DNA from: Rhodanobacter sp.
GTDB taxonomy: Bacteria > Pseudomonadota > Gammaproteobacteria > Xanthomonadales > Rhodanobacteraceae
Reading direction: 5' to 3'
Assembly (NCBI GenBank): GCA_040006415.1
Contig: JBDTXA010000004.1
Coordinates: 721 to 64,720 of the forward strand
DNA: 64,000 nt
Shown: one piece after another, positions 33,485 through 43,937 of the stretch
Numbering within the stretch: position 1 is the stretch's first letter
Layout: every line of letters begins with the position of its first letter
Notes under the pieces: model-generated
Seen by the model: only the letters and a program-made list of their open reading frames with translations
Databases searched by the model: none
What the model was told of the DNA's origin: nothing
Translations under genes and position numbers: made by a program

Positions 33485-34359
33485 GCAAGCCTTTAAGAAA
33501 AGTCGTCTTTCCTGTTGCAGGACTCGGCACCCGTTTTCTGCCGGCAACCAAGGTGGTTGCCAAGGAAATGCTCCCGGTTCTGGACAAGCCGCTTATCCAG
33601 TACGCCGTCGATGAAGCGGTCGATGCGGGCGCGGATACCCTGGTTTTTGTCACCAATCGATACAAGCATTCAATAGCCGACTATTTTGACAAGGCCTATG
33701 AACTCGAGGCCAAGCTTCAGGAAAAGGGAAGGGCAGAATTACTGGCGCTGGTGCAAGGGACTCTGCCACGACATGTGCGTGCCGTCTTTGTCACTCAGCC
33801 GGAGGCGCTTGGACTGGGTCATGCGGTGCTGTGTGCAAGGCCCGTTATCGGCGATGAGCCTTTCGGCATCGTGCTCCCGGACGACTTGATCTGGAATGGC
33901 AACTCCGGCAAAGGCGCGCTCAGCCAGATGGTCGAGCTGGCAAGCTCGCAAGACGCTGCCGTGATCGCGGTCGAGGAAGTGCCGCACGATCAAACGGACA
34001 AATACGGCATCGTCGATGCCACGCCGATCGATGAGCGCAGCGCGTTGATTCGCTACGTGGTGGAAAAACCCAAGCCGGCCGACGCGCCGTCCAATCTGGC
34101 CGTTGTTGGGCGCTACGTTCTGCCGGGGCGAATCTTCCAGTTACTGGAGCAGACCGCTCCCGGTGCCGGCGGTGAGATCCAGCTTACCGATGCCATCGAG
34201 GCCTTGCTGAAGGAGCAAGGCAAAGTGCTCGCTTACCGCTTTGAGGGTACGCGGTTCGATTGCGGCAACAAGGCGGGACTTGTACGCGCCACAATGCACA
34301 TGGCCATGCAGGATCCAGTGCTTGCGCCCACGGTGCGCGATTTTATCAAGAACCTCTGA
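33481..34359 (+). CDS. galU: UTP-glucose-1-phosphate uridylyltransferase
   Basis: PVAGLGTRFLPATK, LGLGHAV, VEKP, GEIQLTDAI. Confidence 0.96.
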   Translation: MSKPLRKVVFPVAGLGTRFLPATKVVAKEMLPVLDKPLIQYAVDEAVDAGADTLVFVTNRYKHSIADYFDKAYELEAKLQEKGRAELLALVQGTLPRHVRAVFVTQPEALGLGHAVLCARPVIGDEPFGIVLPDDLIWNGNSGKGALSQMVELASSQDAAVIAVEEVPHDQTDKYGIVDATPIDERSALIRYVVEKPKPADAPSNLAVVGRYVLPGRIFQLLEQTAPGAGGEIQLTDAIEALLKEQGKVLAYRFEGTRFDCGNKAGLVRATMHMAMQDPVLAPTVRDFIKNL

Positions 34360-34425
34360 GCTGGTGATGCGTTGCCATGGGCCTTTGCAACGTGACTGGA
34401 AGGCAGGGTCCGCGCATCTCACTAC

Positions 34426-35712
34426 ATGAATTCACCCCTGCCCACGTCTTATTACCAGGCTACCGCGGCTCTAACCGACGGGTACCCGATGTTGCAGGGG
34501 ACGTCGCATGCAAGCGTGGCGATCATCGGAGCTGGCTTTGCCGGCTTGAACACGGCGATGGGTTTGGCCGAACGCGGTTTCAGCGACGTCGTTCTGCTCG
34601 AACGCGAGCAAGTGGGTTTTGGTGCCTCCGGACGCAACGGAGGCTTTGTATTTGCCGGTTACTCCCTGGGTGAGCAGGCCATGCTCGACCAGCTTGGAGT
34701 GGGTCGCGCCAGGAAGCTGTTCGGACTGACAACGCAAGCCGTGCGATGCATTCGCCAGCGTATCAAGGACTATGACATTGCTTGCGACGCAGTCGACGAG
34801 GGGGTGATCTGGGCCAACTGGTTCCGTGATCCCGCGGTACTGCGCCGACGTCAGGAATTGCTTTCCCGGACTTACGACGTTCATTGGCAATGGCTCGCGC
34901 AAGCGGAACTGCGCGAGTGCATTCGCAGCGAGCGATATCACGACGCGTTGTATGAACGCGATGCACTCCACATACACCCGTTGAACTATGCACTCGGTCT
35001 GGCCGCCGCAGCTTCAGAAAAGGGTGTGCGAATACACGAGAACAGCGGGGTACTCCGTCTCGAACGTGCAGGGCTCCAATGGCGCTTGAGTAGTGCCCAA
35101 GGCCAATTGCTGGCCGATCAGGTCGTGCTCGCTTGCGGTGGCTATCTTGCAGGCCTGCAGAAGTCCATCGATCGCGCAATCCTCCCGATTGCCACCTATG
35201 TCATGGTGACCGAACCTCTGGGCGAGCGCCTGGACTCTTGCTTGCATACGCGTGCGGCTATCTATGATAGTCGCTTTGCCTTTGACTACTACCGAGCGCT
35301 GCCGGACAAGCGCCTGTTGTGGGGCGGGCGCATCTCGGTGCGCAACCGTTCACCGCAGGCCGTGAAGCACATGCTGACAAAGGACTTGCTACGCGTGTTT
35401 CCGCAGCTGGATCATGTGAAAATTGACTATGCCTGGTCCGGACTGATGAGCTATGCACGTCATCAGATGCCGCAGATTGGCGGCGACAATGGGCTTTGGT
35501 GGGCGCAGGCATTCGGTGGGCACGGTCTCGCTCCCACCTGCGCGGCCGGCGAGTTGCTGGCTGCGGCCATTGCCGAGGGTGACGACGGCTGGAAACAATT
35601 CTCTCAATACGGTCTGGGGAGCACGCACCGACCATTTGGTTATCTGGGTGCGCAGACTGCCTACTGGTGGCAACAAGGCCAAGATTGGGTGAAGGCGAGG
35701 ATGGAAGGATGA
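34426..35712 (+). CDS. FAD-dependent oxidoreductase (DAO/PuuB-like)
   Basis: [20 protein letters not shown]. Confidence 0.85.
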   Translation: MNSPLPTSYYQATAALTDGYPMLQGTSHASVAIIGAGFAGLNTAMGLAERGFSDVVLLEREQVGFGASGRNGGFVFAGYSLGEQAMLDQLGVGRARKLFGLTTQAVRCIRQRIKDYDIACDAVDEGVIWANWFRDPAVLRRRQELLSRTYDVHWQWLAQAELRECIRSERYHDALYERDALHIHPLNYALGLAAAASEKGVRIHENSGVLRLERAGLQWRLSSAQGQLLADQVVLACGGYLAGLQKSIDRAILPIATYVMVTEPLGERLDSCLHTRAAIYDSRFAFDYYRALPDKRLLWGGRISVRNRSPQAVKHMLTKDLLRVFPQLDHVKIDYAWSGLMSYARHQMPQIGGDNGLWWAQAFGGHGLAPTCAAGELLAAAIAEGDDGWKQFSQYGLGSTHRPFGYLGAQTAYWWQQGQDWVKARMEG

Positions 35713-36056
35713 GCGAGAAAAATTCACCTGAAATCAGCTGGAGCGAGTTCGAGAAGGTGTTGATCGTCGCGGGCACGGTGACACGCGTGGAACCTTTCCC
35801 CGAAGCACGCAGACCTGCGTGGAAGGTATGGGTGGATTTCGGCCGCTATGGCGAACGCAAGACCAGTGCGCAGATTGCCGATCTCTACAAGGCCGATCAG
35901 CTGTTGGGACGGCAGGTTGTCGGTGTGATCAATTTTCCGGAAAAGCAGATCGGTCCGTTTCGATCACAGTTCCTGCTGACCGGCTTTCCCACCAATGATG
36001 GCGTCGTGCTCACGGCTGTCGAGCGTGCGGTGCCCAATGGAACACGACTGGCCTGA
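35709..36056 (+). CDS. csaA: tRNA-binding protein/chaperone CsaA family
   Basis: [29 protein letters not shown]. Confidence 0.88.
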   Translation: MSEKNSPEISWSEFEKVLIVAGTVTRVEPFPEARRPAWKVWVDFGRYGERKTSAQIADLYKADQLLGRQVVGVINFPEKQIGPFRSQFLLTGFPTNDGVVLTAVERAVPNGTRLA

Positions 36057-36070
36057 GCAGCGTATCCGCT

Positions 36071-36994
36071 TCAACGATCCAGCCAGACTTCCAGGCCTTG
36101 GGCATTGAGTTCGATATCCATGTGCAACACCTCGTCCACCTTTTCGCGACCTTTCGCCCAGCCGTGAGCCTCGGCACGACCGGCGTAGAGTTCGGTCAGC
36201 GCCTCGACGATGACGGCATGGCGATCCGGCTTGTCTTTGGCTTCCTGCGCGAGTGCCACCATGGCATCGATTTGCGCATGAAGGTCGAGCGCCAGTTTGT
36301 CGACGTGTTGGACGCGATTGAAGTGGGTGAGATACATCGCCGTCGGCTTCAGTGTCAGCAGGCGCTCGATGGAGGCATGCAACGCCTCCGGATCGAACTG
36401 CACCGGCGACGTGGTGGGTACGATGAACGGTCCGTTTTCGTTGTCGAATTCGCGATAGGACAGGCCGAAAACATCACCGGTGAAGCACACGTTCGCGCGG
36501 GCGTCGTACACGCTCAAGTGGTGTTTGGCATGTCCGGGTGTATCGATGCAGCGCAGTGGACGACCAGCCAAGTCGATCACGTGACCGTCGATTGCCTCGG
36601 TCACGCGTTCGGCAGGAATAGGCCTCAGCCGGCCGTACTCGCGTTCCATCACCGCCTCACCGTAAACCGCGCTGGCGCCGGCCCATAATTTTGACGGATC
36701 AATCATGTGACGTGCGCCACGAGGATGCACGGCAAGCCTTGCGTTCGGCAGTCTGGCGATCAGCTCACCGGCGCCGCCAGCGTGGTCAAGATGCACGTGA
36801 GTGAGAATCAGCCAGTCGACGTCCGTCGGGGCAAGACCGGTAATGTCCAGTGCTGCCAACATTCTCGGCACTGAGTGATTGGTGCCACAGTCGATGAACG
36901 CACCTCGTCCATTCTCGACAACCAGGTAGGCGGCGTCGAACTGCGGCCGCACGAAGCCGGTGTCAATGGTGTGGATGCCGTGGGTGGATTGCAT
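36071..36994 (-). CDS. Metallo-beta-lactamase-fold hydrolase
   Basis: THVHLDHAGG, TPGHAKHH, FTGD, THF. Start could be 36994 or 37015. Confidence 0.9.
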   Translation of the reverse strand: MQSTHGIHTIDTGFVRPQFDAAYLVVENGRGAFIDCGTNHSVPRMLAALDITGLAPTDVDWLILTHVHLDHAGGAGELIARLPNARLAVHPRGARHMIDPSKLWAGASAVYGEAVMEREYGRLRPIPAERVTEAIDGHVIDLAGRPLRCIDTPGHAKHHLSVYDARANVCFTGDVFGLSYREFDNENGPFIVPTTSPVQFDPEALHASIERLLTLKPTAMYLTHFNRVQHVDKLALDLHAQIDAMVALAQEAKDKPDRHAVIVEALTELYAGRAEAHGWAKGREKVDEVLHMDIELNAQGLEVWLDR

Positions 36995-37129
36995 GTCGGT
37001 ATTCCTGCTGTTCAATCGGATCAGCCTACCAAAACACTGTCAGGTGATCATTTGGTGCAGCTGCAGCCAGAGCGCCCGGTCAAATCTGAGTTAGGCTAGC
37101 GAGGTATTCAAGCCTGGCAGGGGGCTGCT

Positions 37130-37789
37130 ATGTTCAAATTTGGTTGGCTTTGTACTTTTTGGCTGGCCTCATGGTGCGCGGGCCCGGTTTTCGCGGCCCA
37201 GCTGGTGGTCCAGGTAGCAGATGCCCAAGGGCATCCGGTCAGTGACGCGGTGATCACGCTGGCTTCCGAAAGTACCCCGACCGAAAGCTCGCCATCGCCT
37301 CCCTCCCGAACCTATTACATCGATCAGAAGAATGAGACCTTCATTCCGTACGTGCAGGTGTTTCGACCGGGCGACAAGGTGATTTTCCGCAACAGCGACA
37401 CGACTCGTCATCAGGTCTATTCCTTCTCGAAGATCAGGAAGTTCGAGTTCGTGCTTCGCCCAGGCCAAAGCTCGCCAGCGATGGAGCTGGACAGCACGGG
37501 AATTGCAGCCGTGGGATGCAATATCCATGACGACATGGTCACCTATCTGTTTGTATCGCCATCGGCCGATAACGCCATTTCCGACCGCGAGGGTACCGCA
37601 AGGTTCGACCACCTTCGGCCTGGCCGCTACACGGCGAAAATCTGGCATCCCCAATTGCATCCGGGACGAGTGGAACCGTCTCGTGTGGTGAACATTGCAG
37701 GTTCTTCCGACAGTCGCGTGCTGTCCTTTACCCTTTCGTTGATACCGAATCCTCGTGACTCGACGGATCACGATCATCCCCTCTACTGA
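37130..37789 (+). CDS. Secreted cupredoxin-domain protein ('methylamine utilization protein'-like)
   Basis: Signal peptide; H(QVYS)...CNIHDDM type-1 copper-like ligand set. Confidence 0.75.
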   Translation: MFKFGWLCTFWLASWCAGPVFAAQLVVQVADAQGHPVSDAVITLASESTPTESSPSPPSRTYYIDQKNETFIPYVQVFRPGDKVIFRNSDTTRHQVYSFSKIRKFEFVLRPGQSSPAMELDSTGIAAVGCNIHDDMVTYLFVSPSADNAISDREGTARFDHLRPGRYTAKIWHPQLHPGRVEPSRVVNIAGSSDSRVLSFTLSLIPNPRDSTDHDHPLY

Positions 37790-37798
37790 TTCCGGGTC

Positions 37799-40141
37799 AT
37801 GCCATTCATGGGCTTCCGCCTCCGCCTCGCGCTGTTTTTCGTGGCTACCCTGGTACTGGTCCAACTGCTGACAGCAGGCCTTGTCTATGAGGTAACCCGC
37901 CGGGCGATGGTCACCGAGGGTGAGCGTCAGCTGACCGCCAATGCGGCGGCTTTCGTTGCGCAGATGGATGACATTTCGGCGCGCGTGGCCAGCAACGTCG
38001 AAGTGTTGTCGCTTGACTACGCCCTGCGGTCCGCTATTGCCGAGGGGGATAATGGAACCGTGCTATCGGTGCTGCGCAATCATGGACGCCGTGTCGGTGC
38101 TTCACGCATGCTGCTGATCGATTCAGATGGCCGGGTTGAGGTCGATACTGATGACGCTGGCACGCCGATGACGACGTTTCCGTTTCCCGACCTGATCGAC
38201 CGCGCTTACGACCAGCGTACGGCTGCCATCGTGGCGATCGACGGCAAGGCATCGTGGATGGTGGTGGTGCCGATCTACGCACCGCAACCGGTAGGTCTGG
38301 TGGTAGTGAACGTGCCGGTGGATGACGCACTGCTAACGCACATGCAGACGCTATCGGCGTTGCCGCGAAACGTCGAATTGGCAGCCGAGCTGGTGCCTGG
38401 GCACTGGACGCGGTTGGCCAGTGGCTCGCGTCATGCAGGGTTGGTCGAAAGCATCGCGGCAGTTCGACATGGCTTGCCCTGGAAACCTTTACTGACGCGT
38501 GTCAAGGGCAGGGAATACATGGTCCTGGCCCAGCGCCTGAAGCAACCTAAGGATAGCGCGCCGGTGGTGGCCATCCTGGGCTATTCGCTCGATGACGCCC
38601 TGCGTCCTTTCCGTTCCGTGGTGATCGCATGGGCCACGCTGCTGGCCTTGGGGTTGGGTGTGGGTTTGCTCGGTGCCTGGTTGACTGCGCGCAGCGTCTC
38701 GCGTCCTCTCGAAGCGCTCGCCTCGGCGGTTCGACGCATTGAGGCTGGCGACTATCACGTCTCACCGATCACCATCCGTCACGATGAAATCGGCCAACTG
38801 GCCATCGCCTTCAAAAACATGATCGAGTCAGTACGCCAGCGGGAAGCGCGGATCCGGCATCAGGCAATGCACGACAGCGTTACCGATCTGCCCAACCGCC
38901 TCGCCGCAGAAGCCACTTTGGATGAGGCGATTGCCGTTGAAGGTACGACTGCAGGTGCACTGTTGATGATTGGTCTCACGCGGGTGCCGGAGATCACCAA
39001 GACCATGGGCCACGCTATCTGCGATAGGTTGATGCGCGACAGCAGTCAGCGCATTCAGCGCGTGGCCTCGGGCACCTACCTCGCGCGAACCAGCGATGCC
39101 CAGTTCATGCTCTGGGCACCTGTTTGCGATCAGCCCGAAGCTGTTGCGCTCGCCCTGCGCGTTCTCGACACACTTAACGAGTCCTACCAGGAAACCGATC
39201 TCAATATCGATCGGCTGCCGTCGGTAGGTATTGCCATCACCCGGCCAGGTCTTTCCAGGGCAAGCACCTTGCTGCGTCATGCTGAAGTCGCGCAATTCAC
39301 GGCCAGCGGGTCCTCCAGTGCACTCAGTTTTTACGACGCGGCGACCGATCCACATCGACCAGACCAGCTGTCGCTGATGGGAGATCTGCGTCTTGCGCTC
39401 GACACCGATGCACTGGCGTTGCACTACCAGCCAAAGCTCAACCTCGCCAGCGGCGTGATTGACGGGGCTGAAGCGCTGTTGCGCTGGGATCATCCGCAAC
39501 GTGGCTCGGTGCCGCCGGAAGCCTTCATTGGCATGGCCGAGGACAGCGGCAACATTCAGCGTGTTACTCGCTGGGTGCTCGCCAGCGCGGTGGCACAGGC
39601 CCGGCAATGGAATGAGCTCGGCACCCCGCTGCGCGTGGCGGTAAATCTGTCGGCACATGATCTGGATGACCTGGAGTTACCGGAGAAGATTTCGAGGCTG
39701 CTGGCGATTCACCGGCTTCCGGCCAGTTGCCTTGTGCTGGAGGTCACCGAGCGTGCCGTGATTGGCGAGCCGGATACCGCCATACGCGTGCTGATGGCGC
39801 TTGCCGAACAGGGTTTCGCCATTGCCATCGACGATTTCGGCGTGGGTCAATCCACTTTTGCGTACCTGCGACATTTGCCGGTTACCGAGATCAAAATCGA
39901 CCAGACCTTCGTCAAGCAACTGGCCACTGATGCGAATGACCAGATCATCGTCCAATCCATCGTAGATCTCGGTCATCGACTTGGCTATCGGGTTACCGCC
40001 GAAGGTGTCGAGGATCAGGGCGCGCTTGATTACCTCACAAGCATCGGTTGCGATCATGCCCAGGGTTATTTCATTTCACGGGCGCTGCCTGCAGCAGATC
40101 TTTCGCGATTCATCGCCGCCACTGGTGACAGTGCGGTGTGA
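37799..40141 (+). CDS. Membrane Cache-HAMP-GGDEF(degenerate)-EAL c-di-GMP phosphodiesterase
   Basis: Two TMs, HAMP (DEIGQLA), GGDEF replaced by SDAQF, intact EAL, DDFGVG, IKID, AEGVE, QGY. Confidence 0.88.
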   Translation: MPFMGFRLRLALFFVATLVLVQLLTAGLVYEVTRRAMVTEGERQLTANAAAFVAQMDDISARVASNVEVLSLDYALRSAIAEGDNGTVLSVLRNHGRRVGASRMLLIDSDGRVEVDTDDAGTPMTTFPFPDLIDRAYDQRTAAIVAIDGKASWMVVVPIYAPQPVGLVVVNVPVDDALLTHMQTLSALPRNVELAAELVPGHWTRLASGSRHAGLVESIAAVRHGLPWKPLLTRVKGREYMVLAQRLKQPKDSAPVVAILGYSLDDALRPFRSVVIAWATLLALGLGVGLLGAWLTARSVSRPLEALASAVRRIEAGDYHVSPITIRHDEIGQLAIAFKNMIESVRQREARIRHQAMHDSVTDLPNRLAAEATLDEAIAVEGTTAGALLMIGLTRVPEITKTMGHAICDRLMRDSSQRIQRVASGTYLARTSDAQFMLWAPVCDQPEAVALALRVLDTLNESYQETDLNIDRLPSVGIAITRPGLSRASTLLRHAEVAQFTASGSSSALSFYDAATDPHRPDQLSLMGDLRLALDTDALALHYQPKLNLASGVIDGAEALLRWDHPQRGSVPPEAFIGMAEDSGNIQRVTRWVLASAVAQARQWNELGTPLRVAVNLSAHDLDDLELPEKISRLLAIHRLPASCLVLEVTERAVIGEPDTAIRVLMALAEQGFAIAIDDFGVGQSTFAYLRHLPVTEIKIDQTFVKQLATDANDQIIVQSIVDLGHRLGYRVTAEGVEDQGALDYLTSIGCDHAQGYFISRALPAADLSRFIAATGDSAV

Positions 40142-40155
40142 TCTGCCGTCACGGC

Positions 40156-40812
40156 TCAGCGGGCGCGGCGAAAGGTCAGGTTGATGCGTTGCGCGCCGAG
40201 CTTGTCATGCTCAGCAGTCTTCAGTGGCAACACGCCGTGGAAACGCAGCCGGGCCGGTCCGCCCCACACCACCACGTCACCATGCGTCAGTGGTACACGA
40301 ACAGGGCGATCTGAACGGTTGTTCCCGCCAAACTGGAATACCGCGGGAATCCCCAGCGATACCGAGACGATCGGCTGGTTGAGATCGCGCTCGTCGCGGT
40401 CCTGGTGGAGGCTCAGTCGGGTGCCCGCCGCATAGCGATTGATCAAGCAGGCATCCGGATCAAAGCCGTTGTAGCCCGCGTGCGAGGCGGCCATCGCTGC
40501 CAGACGCCGGAACGGGTTCGGCATTGCCGGCCAGGGCTTGCCGCTTTCGGGATCGATCGGGTCATAGCGATAGCCACGACGATCGCTGACCCAGCCCAAC
40601 GACCCGGCGTTGGTCATCGCGACCGACATGCGGAAGCCGCCGGGGGTGATCAGATGGCGAAACCCCGCGTTCGCCACGACTCTGTCGAGTGCCTGCAGCA
40701 ACGCTGTTTCGTCCGTCAGCGCGAAGCCTCGCAAGACAACGGCACCCTCGCACAGAGGTTCGTCCCGGCGTTCGGGAGGCAGGGCATGGCTGAAAAGGTC
40801 AGCCGTGGTCAT
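40156..40812 (-). CDS. alkB: DNA oxidative demethylase AlkB
   Basis: TPGGFRMSVAMT, GWVSDRRGYRY, CLINRY, LHQD, RFHG, RINLTFR. Confidence 0.95.
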   Translation of the reverse strand: MTTADLFSHALPPERRDEPLCEGAVVLRGFALTDETALLQALDRVVANAGFRHLITPGGFRMSVAMTNAGSLGWVSDRRGYRYDPIDPESGKPWPAMPNPFRRLAAMAASHAGYNGFDPDACLINRYAAGTRLSLHQDRDERDLNQPIVSVSLGIPAVFQFGGNNRSDRPVRVPLTHGDVVVWGGPARLRFHGVLPLKTAEHDKLGAQRINLTFRRAR

Positions 40813-41549
40813 GTCGCGTCGTGAAAAATGATGCCGAGGGTGTGTCGGCGGCCGCGATATACGCGGCTCACGCCGTGACGAAGCGTGACCCGATAGCTGC
40901 CACGTATGCCTTTTACCGGTCGTTGGTGCACGGCGAAGATCACCGCATCGCCTTGGCGAAGAGGTACCACGTGTGGGCGCGACTGCATCCGTGGACGTTG
41001 TTCCGTCAGCACGAATTCGCCGCCGCAAAAATCCCGCTCCGGTTCAGATAGAAGGATGGCCACCTGCAGCGGAAAGACATGTTCGCCGTAGAGATCCTGG
41101 TGCAGGCAATTGTAGTCATCCACACCGTATTGCAGCAGCAGTGGCGTAGGGCGCGACTGACCCGCGTCGTGGCAGCGGCGAAGGAACGCCGCATGCGTGT
41201 CCGGATAGACGACATCGATACTCATGGCGCCGTTCCAGCGGTTGGCCAGCGCTGCCAGCCTCGGATAGATCGACGTGCGCAGCGAAGCCACCATCGGCGG
41301 CAATGGATAGCGGAAATATTGATATTCGCCACGACCAAATCCATGCCGGCCCATCACCACGCGGCTTCGAAAGAGCGTGTCATCGTCGTAGATATCCGCC
41401 AGGTACCGGCATTCAGCGGGCGACAGTAGCGCCTTCAGCAGGGTGCAACCTTGCGCATCGAGCTCCGCCACCGCATTGGCCCAGTCGGCCCTTTCCAGTC
41501 GCGTTGCGATGTCTTTGTGCGCCCCGATCGTGGTCTGTATGGCGTTCAC
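40809..41549 (-). CDS. 2OG-Fe(II) oxygenase (DUF2086/Oxygenase-NA type)
   Basis: GFGRGEYQYF, YNCLHQDLYG, EQRPRMQSR, RHGVS, RHTLGIIFHDA. Confidence 0.85.
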   Translation of the reverse strand: MNAIQTTIGAHKDIATRLERADWANAVAELDAQGCTLLKALLSPAECRYLADIYDDDTLFRSRVVMGRHGFGRGEYQYFRYPLPPMVASLRTSIYPRLAALANRWNGAMSIDVVYPDTHAAFLRRCHDAGQSRPTPLLLQYGVDDYNCLHQDLYGEHVFPLQVAILLSEPERDFCGGEFVLTEQRPRMQSRPHVVPLRQGDAVIFAVHQRPVKGIRGSYRVTLRHGVSRVYRGRRHTLGIIFHDAT

Positions 41550-42625
41550 GCTTCCGCCTCACGCTGCAGCAGCGCGCGCTTGCGTTCCACCCCCCAGCGG
41601 TAGCCGGACAGACCACCATCGTTGCGCACCACACGGTGGCAGGGGATCGCCACTGCCAGTGTGTTGGCAGCGCACGCCTGGGCCACGGCGCGAGCGGCTT
41701 TCGGCAAACCGATACGCCGGGCAACTTCGCTGTAGCTGACCGTCGCGCCCGGTGGAATCTGGCGCAACGCCTGCCATACCCGTTGCTGAAACGCGGTGCC
41801 ACGGACGTCCAGCGGCAGATCGAGCCCCGTCGACGGCGCTTCGACAAAGCCGATGACCTGCGCGATCAACTGTTCGTAGTCGTGATCACCACCGATCAGG
41901 TTGGCTTTCGGAAAACGGTCCTGCAGGTCACGTGCAAGCGCATCGGCGTCATCGCCGAGCAGGATGGCGCAGACGCCACGTTTGCTCTGCGCCACCAGGA
42001 TCGCGCCCAGCGAGCATTGCGCAATGGCGAAGTGGATATCGCTATTGGCGCCGCCAAGGCGGTAACTGGACGGCGTCATGCCCAGCAATTGATCGGCACT
42101 CTCGTAGAAACGACTGCTGGCGTTGTAGCCGGCATCGAAGATGGCGTCCGTGACATTGCCGCCGCGACTCAAACCATCGCGGACGCGGCTGGCACGATGC
42201 TGGTCGGCATACTGTTTTGGCGTCACGCCGGTAGCTGCCTTGAACACGCGGTGGAAGTGAAACGGACTGAGTCTGGCGACGCTCGCCAGTTGCTCCAGCA
42301 ACGGGGCTGTCTCGGCTTGCTCGATCGCGCGACAGGCAGCGGTCACCTTCACTGCATGTTGCTCGAGCAGGGACGGCTGATCGGGCTTGCAGCGTTTGCA
42401 TGGTCGAAAACCGGCCCGTTCCGCGTCGGTCACGCTGGCGTGAAATTGCACGTTTTCCGGACGCGGCGACCGCGCCGCGCAGCCTGGACGGCAGTACACG
42501 CCGGTTGTGCGAACGGAGTAGAAAAAGGTGCCGTCGGCGTGCGCATCGTGCGCCCGCACGGCGGCCCAGCGCGGGTCGCGCAGCGTGGTTGCGGCAAGCA
42601 GGGCGTTTTGTTCGGAGACTTTCAT
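41546..42625 (-). CDS. ada: Bifunctional regulator / O6-methylguanine-DNA methyltransferase Ada
   Basis: CRPGC, RPCKRC, AraC HTH, PCHRV. Confidence 0.97.
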   Translation of the reverse strand: MKVSEQNALLAATTLRDPRWAAVRAHDAHADGTFFYSVRTTGVYCRPGCAARSPRPENVQFHASVTDAERAGFRPCKRCKPDQPSLLEQHAVKVTAACRAIEQAETAPLLEQLASVARLSPFHFHRVFKAATGVTPKQYADQHRASRVRDGLSRGGNVTDAIFDAGYNASSRFYESADQLLGMTPSSYRLGGANSDIHFAIAQCSLGAILVAQSKRGVCAILLGDDADALARDLQDRFPKANLIGGDHDYEQLIAQVIGFVEAPSTGLDLPLDVRGTAFQQRVWQALRQIPPGATVSYSEVARRIGLPKAARAVAQACAANTLAVAIPCHRVVRNDGGLSGYRWGVERKRALLQREAEA

Positions 42626-42697
42626 GGCTGTTCCTTGCGAGAGTTTATCGCGTGGCAGCCATTCTGATGTTGGGTCGCCGTGCCCGCACTCCGGCTC

Positions 42698-42710
42698 TTG
42701 CGCTCAAATT
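42698..42710 (-). promoter_or_regulatory. Ada box
   Basis: Minus strand AAT-TTGAGC-GCAA fits AAT-N6-GCAA, about 75 nt upstream of the ada ATG; -10-like CAGAAT at 42661-42666. Confidence 0.8.
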
Positions 42711-42736
42711 CGAGCGCTTGGCCAATGGAGTCCGTT

Positions 42737-43747
42737 TCACCACTGAAGGACGATCTTGCCAATGTGTTCGCCGCTCTCCATCATCTTGTGCGCGCCGGCA
42801 GCATCGGTTGCGGCAAACACCTGATGAATCACCGGTCTCACCTTGCCGGAGGCCAGCAGCGGCCAGACCTTTTCGTGCAGTTCGCGCGCAATCGCACCTT
42901 TGAAGGCGATGGATCTGGCGCGAAGCGTCGATCCAGTCAGGGTCAGGCGTCGGCGCATGATCTTGCCCGCGTCGATTTCCGCCTTGCCGCCGCCGAGCGT
43001 GGCGATGAAGACCAGCCGACCACCCTCGGCCAGCAGTTCCATCTCTCGAGGAATGTAATCGCCGGCAACCATGTCCAGGATCACATCCGCGCCGCGGTCA
43101 CGGGTGGCATTCTTCACCGCTTGGACAAAGTCTTCGTCGTGATAATTGATTGCGCGCTCGGCGCCGAGCTCTTCGCAGGCAGCGCATTTTTCTGCGTTGC
43201 CGGCCGTCGCAAACACCCGGTGGCCGAACGCATGTGCCAGCTGGATGGCGGTCACGCCGATGCCGCTGGAGCCACCCTGTACCAGCAGCGTTTCACGCTC
43301 ACCACCTTCGCCGCGGCCGAGCAGTCCGCGATCGAATACATTGCTCCACACGGTAAAGTAATTTTCCGGTAGCACCGCGGCCTCGAGCATCGACAGCCCG
43401 GTCGGTACCGGCAGGCACTGTGCCAGCGGAGCCACGGCATATTCCGCATAACCGCCGCCGGCGAGCAGTGCACATACGGCATCGCCGGCCTTGAGGCCGA
43501 ACGGGTTGTCACCGCCAAAGTCACCGCTTTCCAATGTTCCCGCCACCTCCAGACCTGGGAGGTCGGAGGCACCCGGCGGCGGCGCGTAATTGCCCTGCCG
43601 CTGGAACACGTCGGGTCGATTGATACCGGCGGCGTCCACCTTGATCAGCACTTCGCCAGCGCCGGGTTGCGGCACCGGACGTCGGGCCAGCTGCAGTACG
43701 TCGGCGGTTCCGGGGTGGGTGATCTCAATGGCCTGCATGGTGGGCAT
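42737..43747 (-). CDS. NAD(P)H-quinone oxidoreductase (PIG3/zeta-crystallin family)
   Basis: INRPD..QR.G.Y.PPPGAS..PGLE, GGSSGIG, HIGKIVL. Confidence 0.92.
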   Translation of the reverse strand: MPTMQAIEITHPGTADVLQLARRPVPQPGAGEVLIKVDAAGINRPDVFQRQGNYAPPPGASDLPGLEVAGTLESGDFGGDNPFGLKAGDAVCALLAGGGYAEYAVAPLAQCLPVPTGLSMLEAAVLPENYFTVWSNVFDRGLLGRGEGGERETLLVQGGSSGIGVTAIQLAHAFGHRVFATAGNAEKCAACEELGAERAINYHDEDFVQAVKNATRDRGADVILDMVAGDYIPREMELLAEGGRLVFIATLGGGKAEIDAGKIMRRRLTLTGSTLRARSIAFKGAIARELHEKVWPLLASGKVRPVIHQVFAATDAAGAHKMMESGEHIGKIVLQW

Positions 43748-43937
43748 AAAAGTACCTTTGACTAGATGGGATCGTGACTCAAGCGGCCGTCAGCACGAGT
43801 TCGGCATCGTTGATCGCCGTGATCTTCAGCCTCTTGTACAGCTAAGAGCCTTTCCGCGACAGCACCAAATTGGGTCCGATTGAGCGCGTTGCAATGCGCA
43901 TACCGGAACCGGATTGCTGTAAAAAACATTACGGGAC

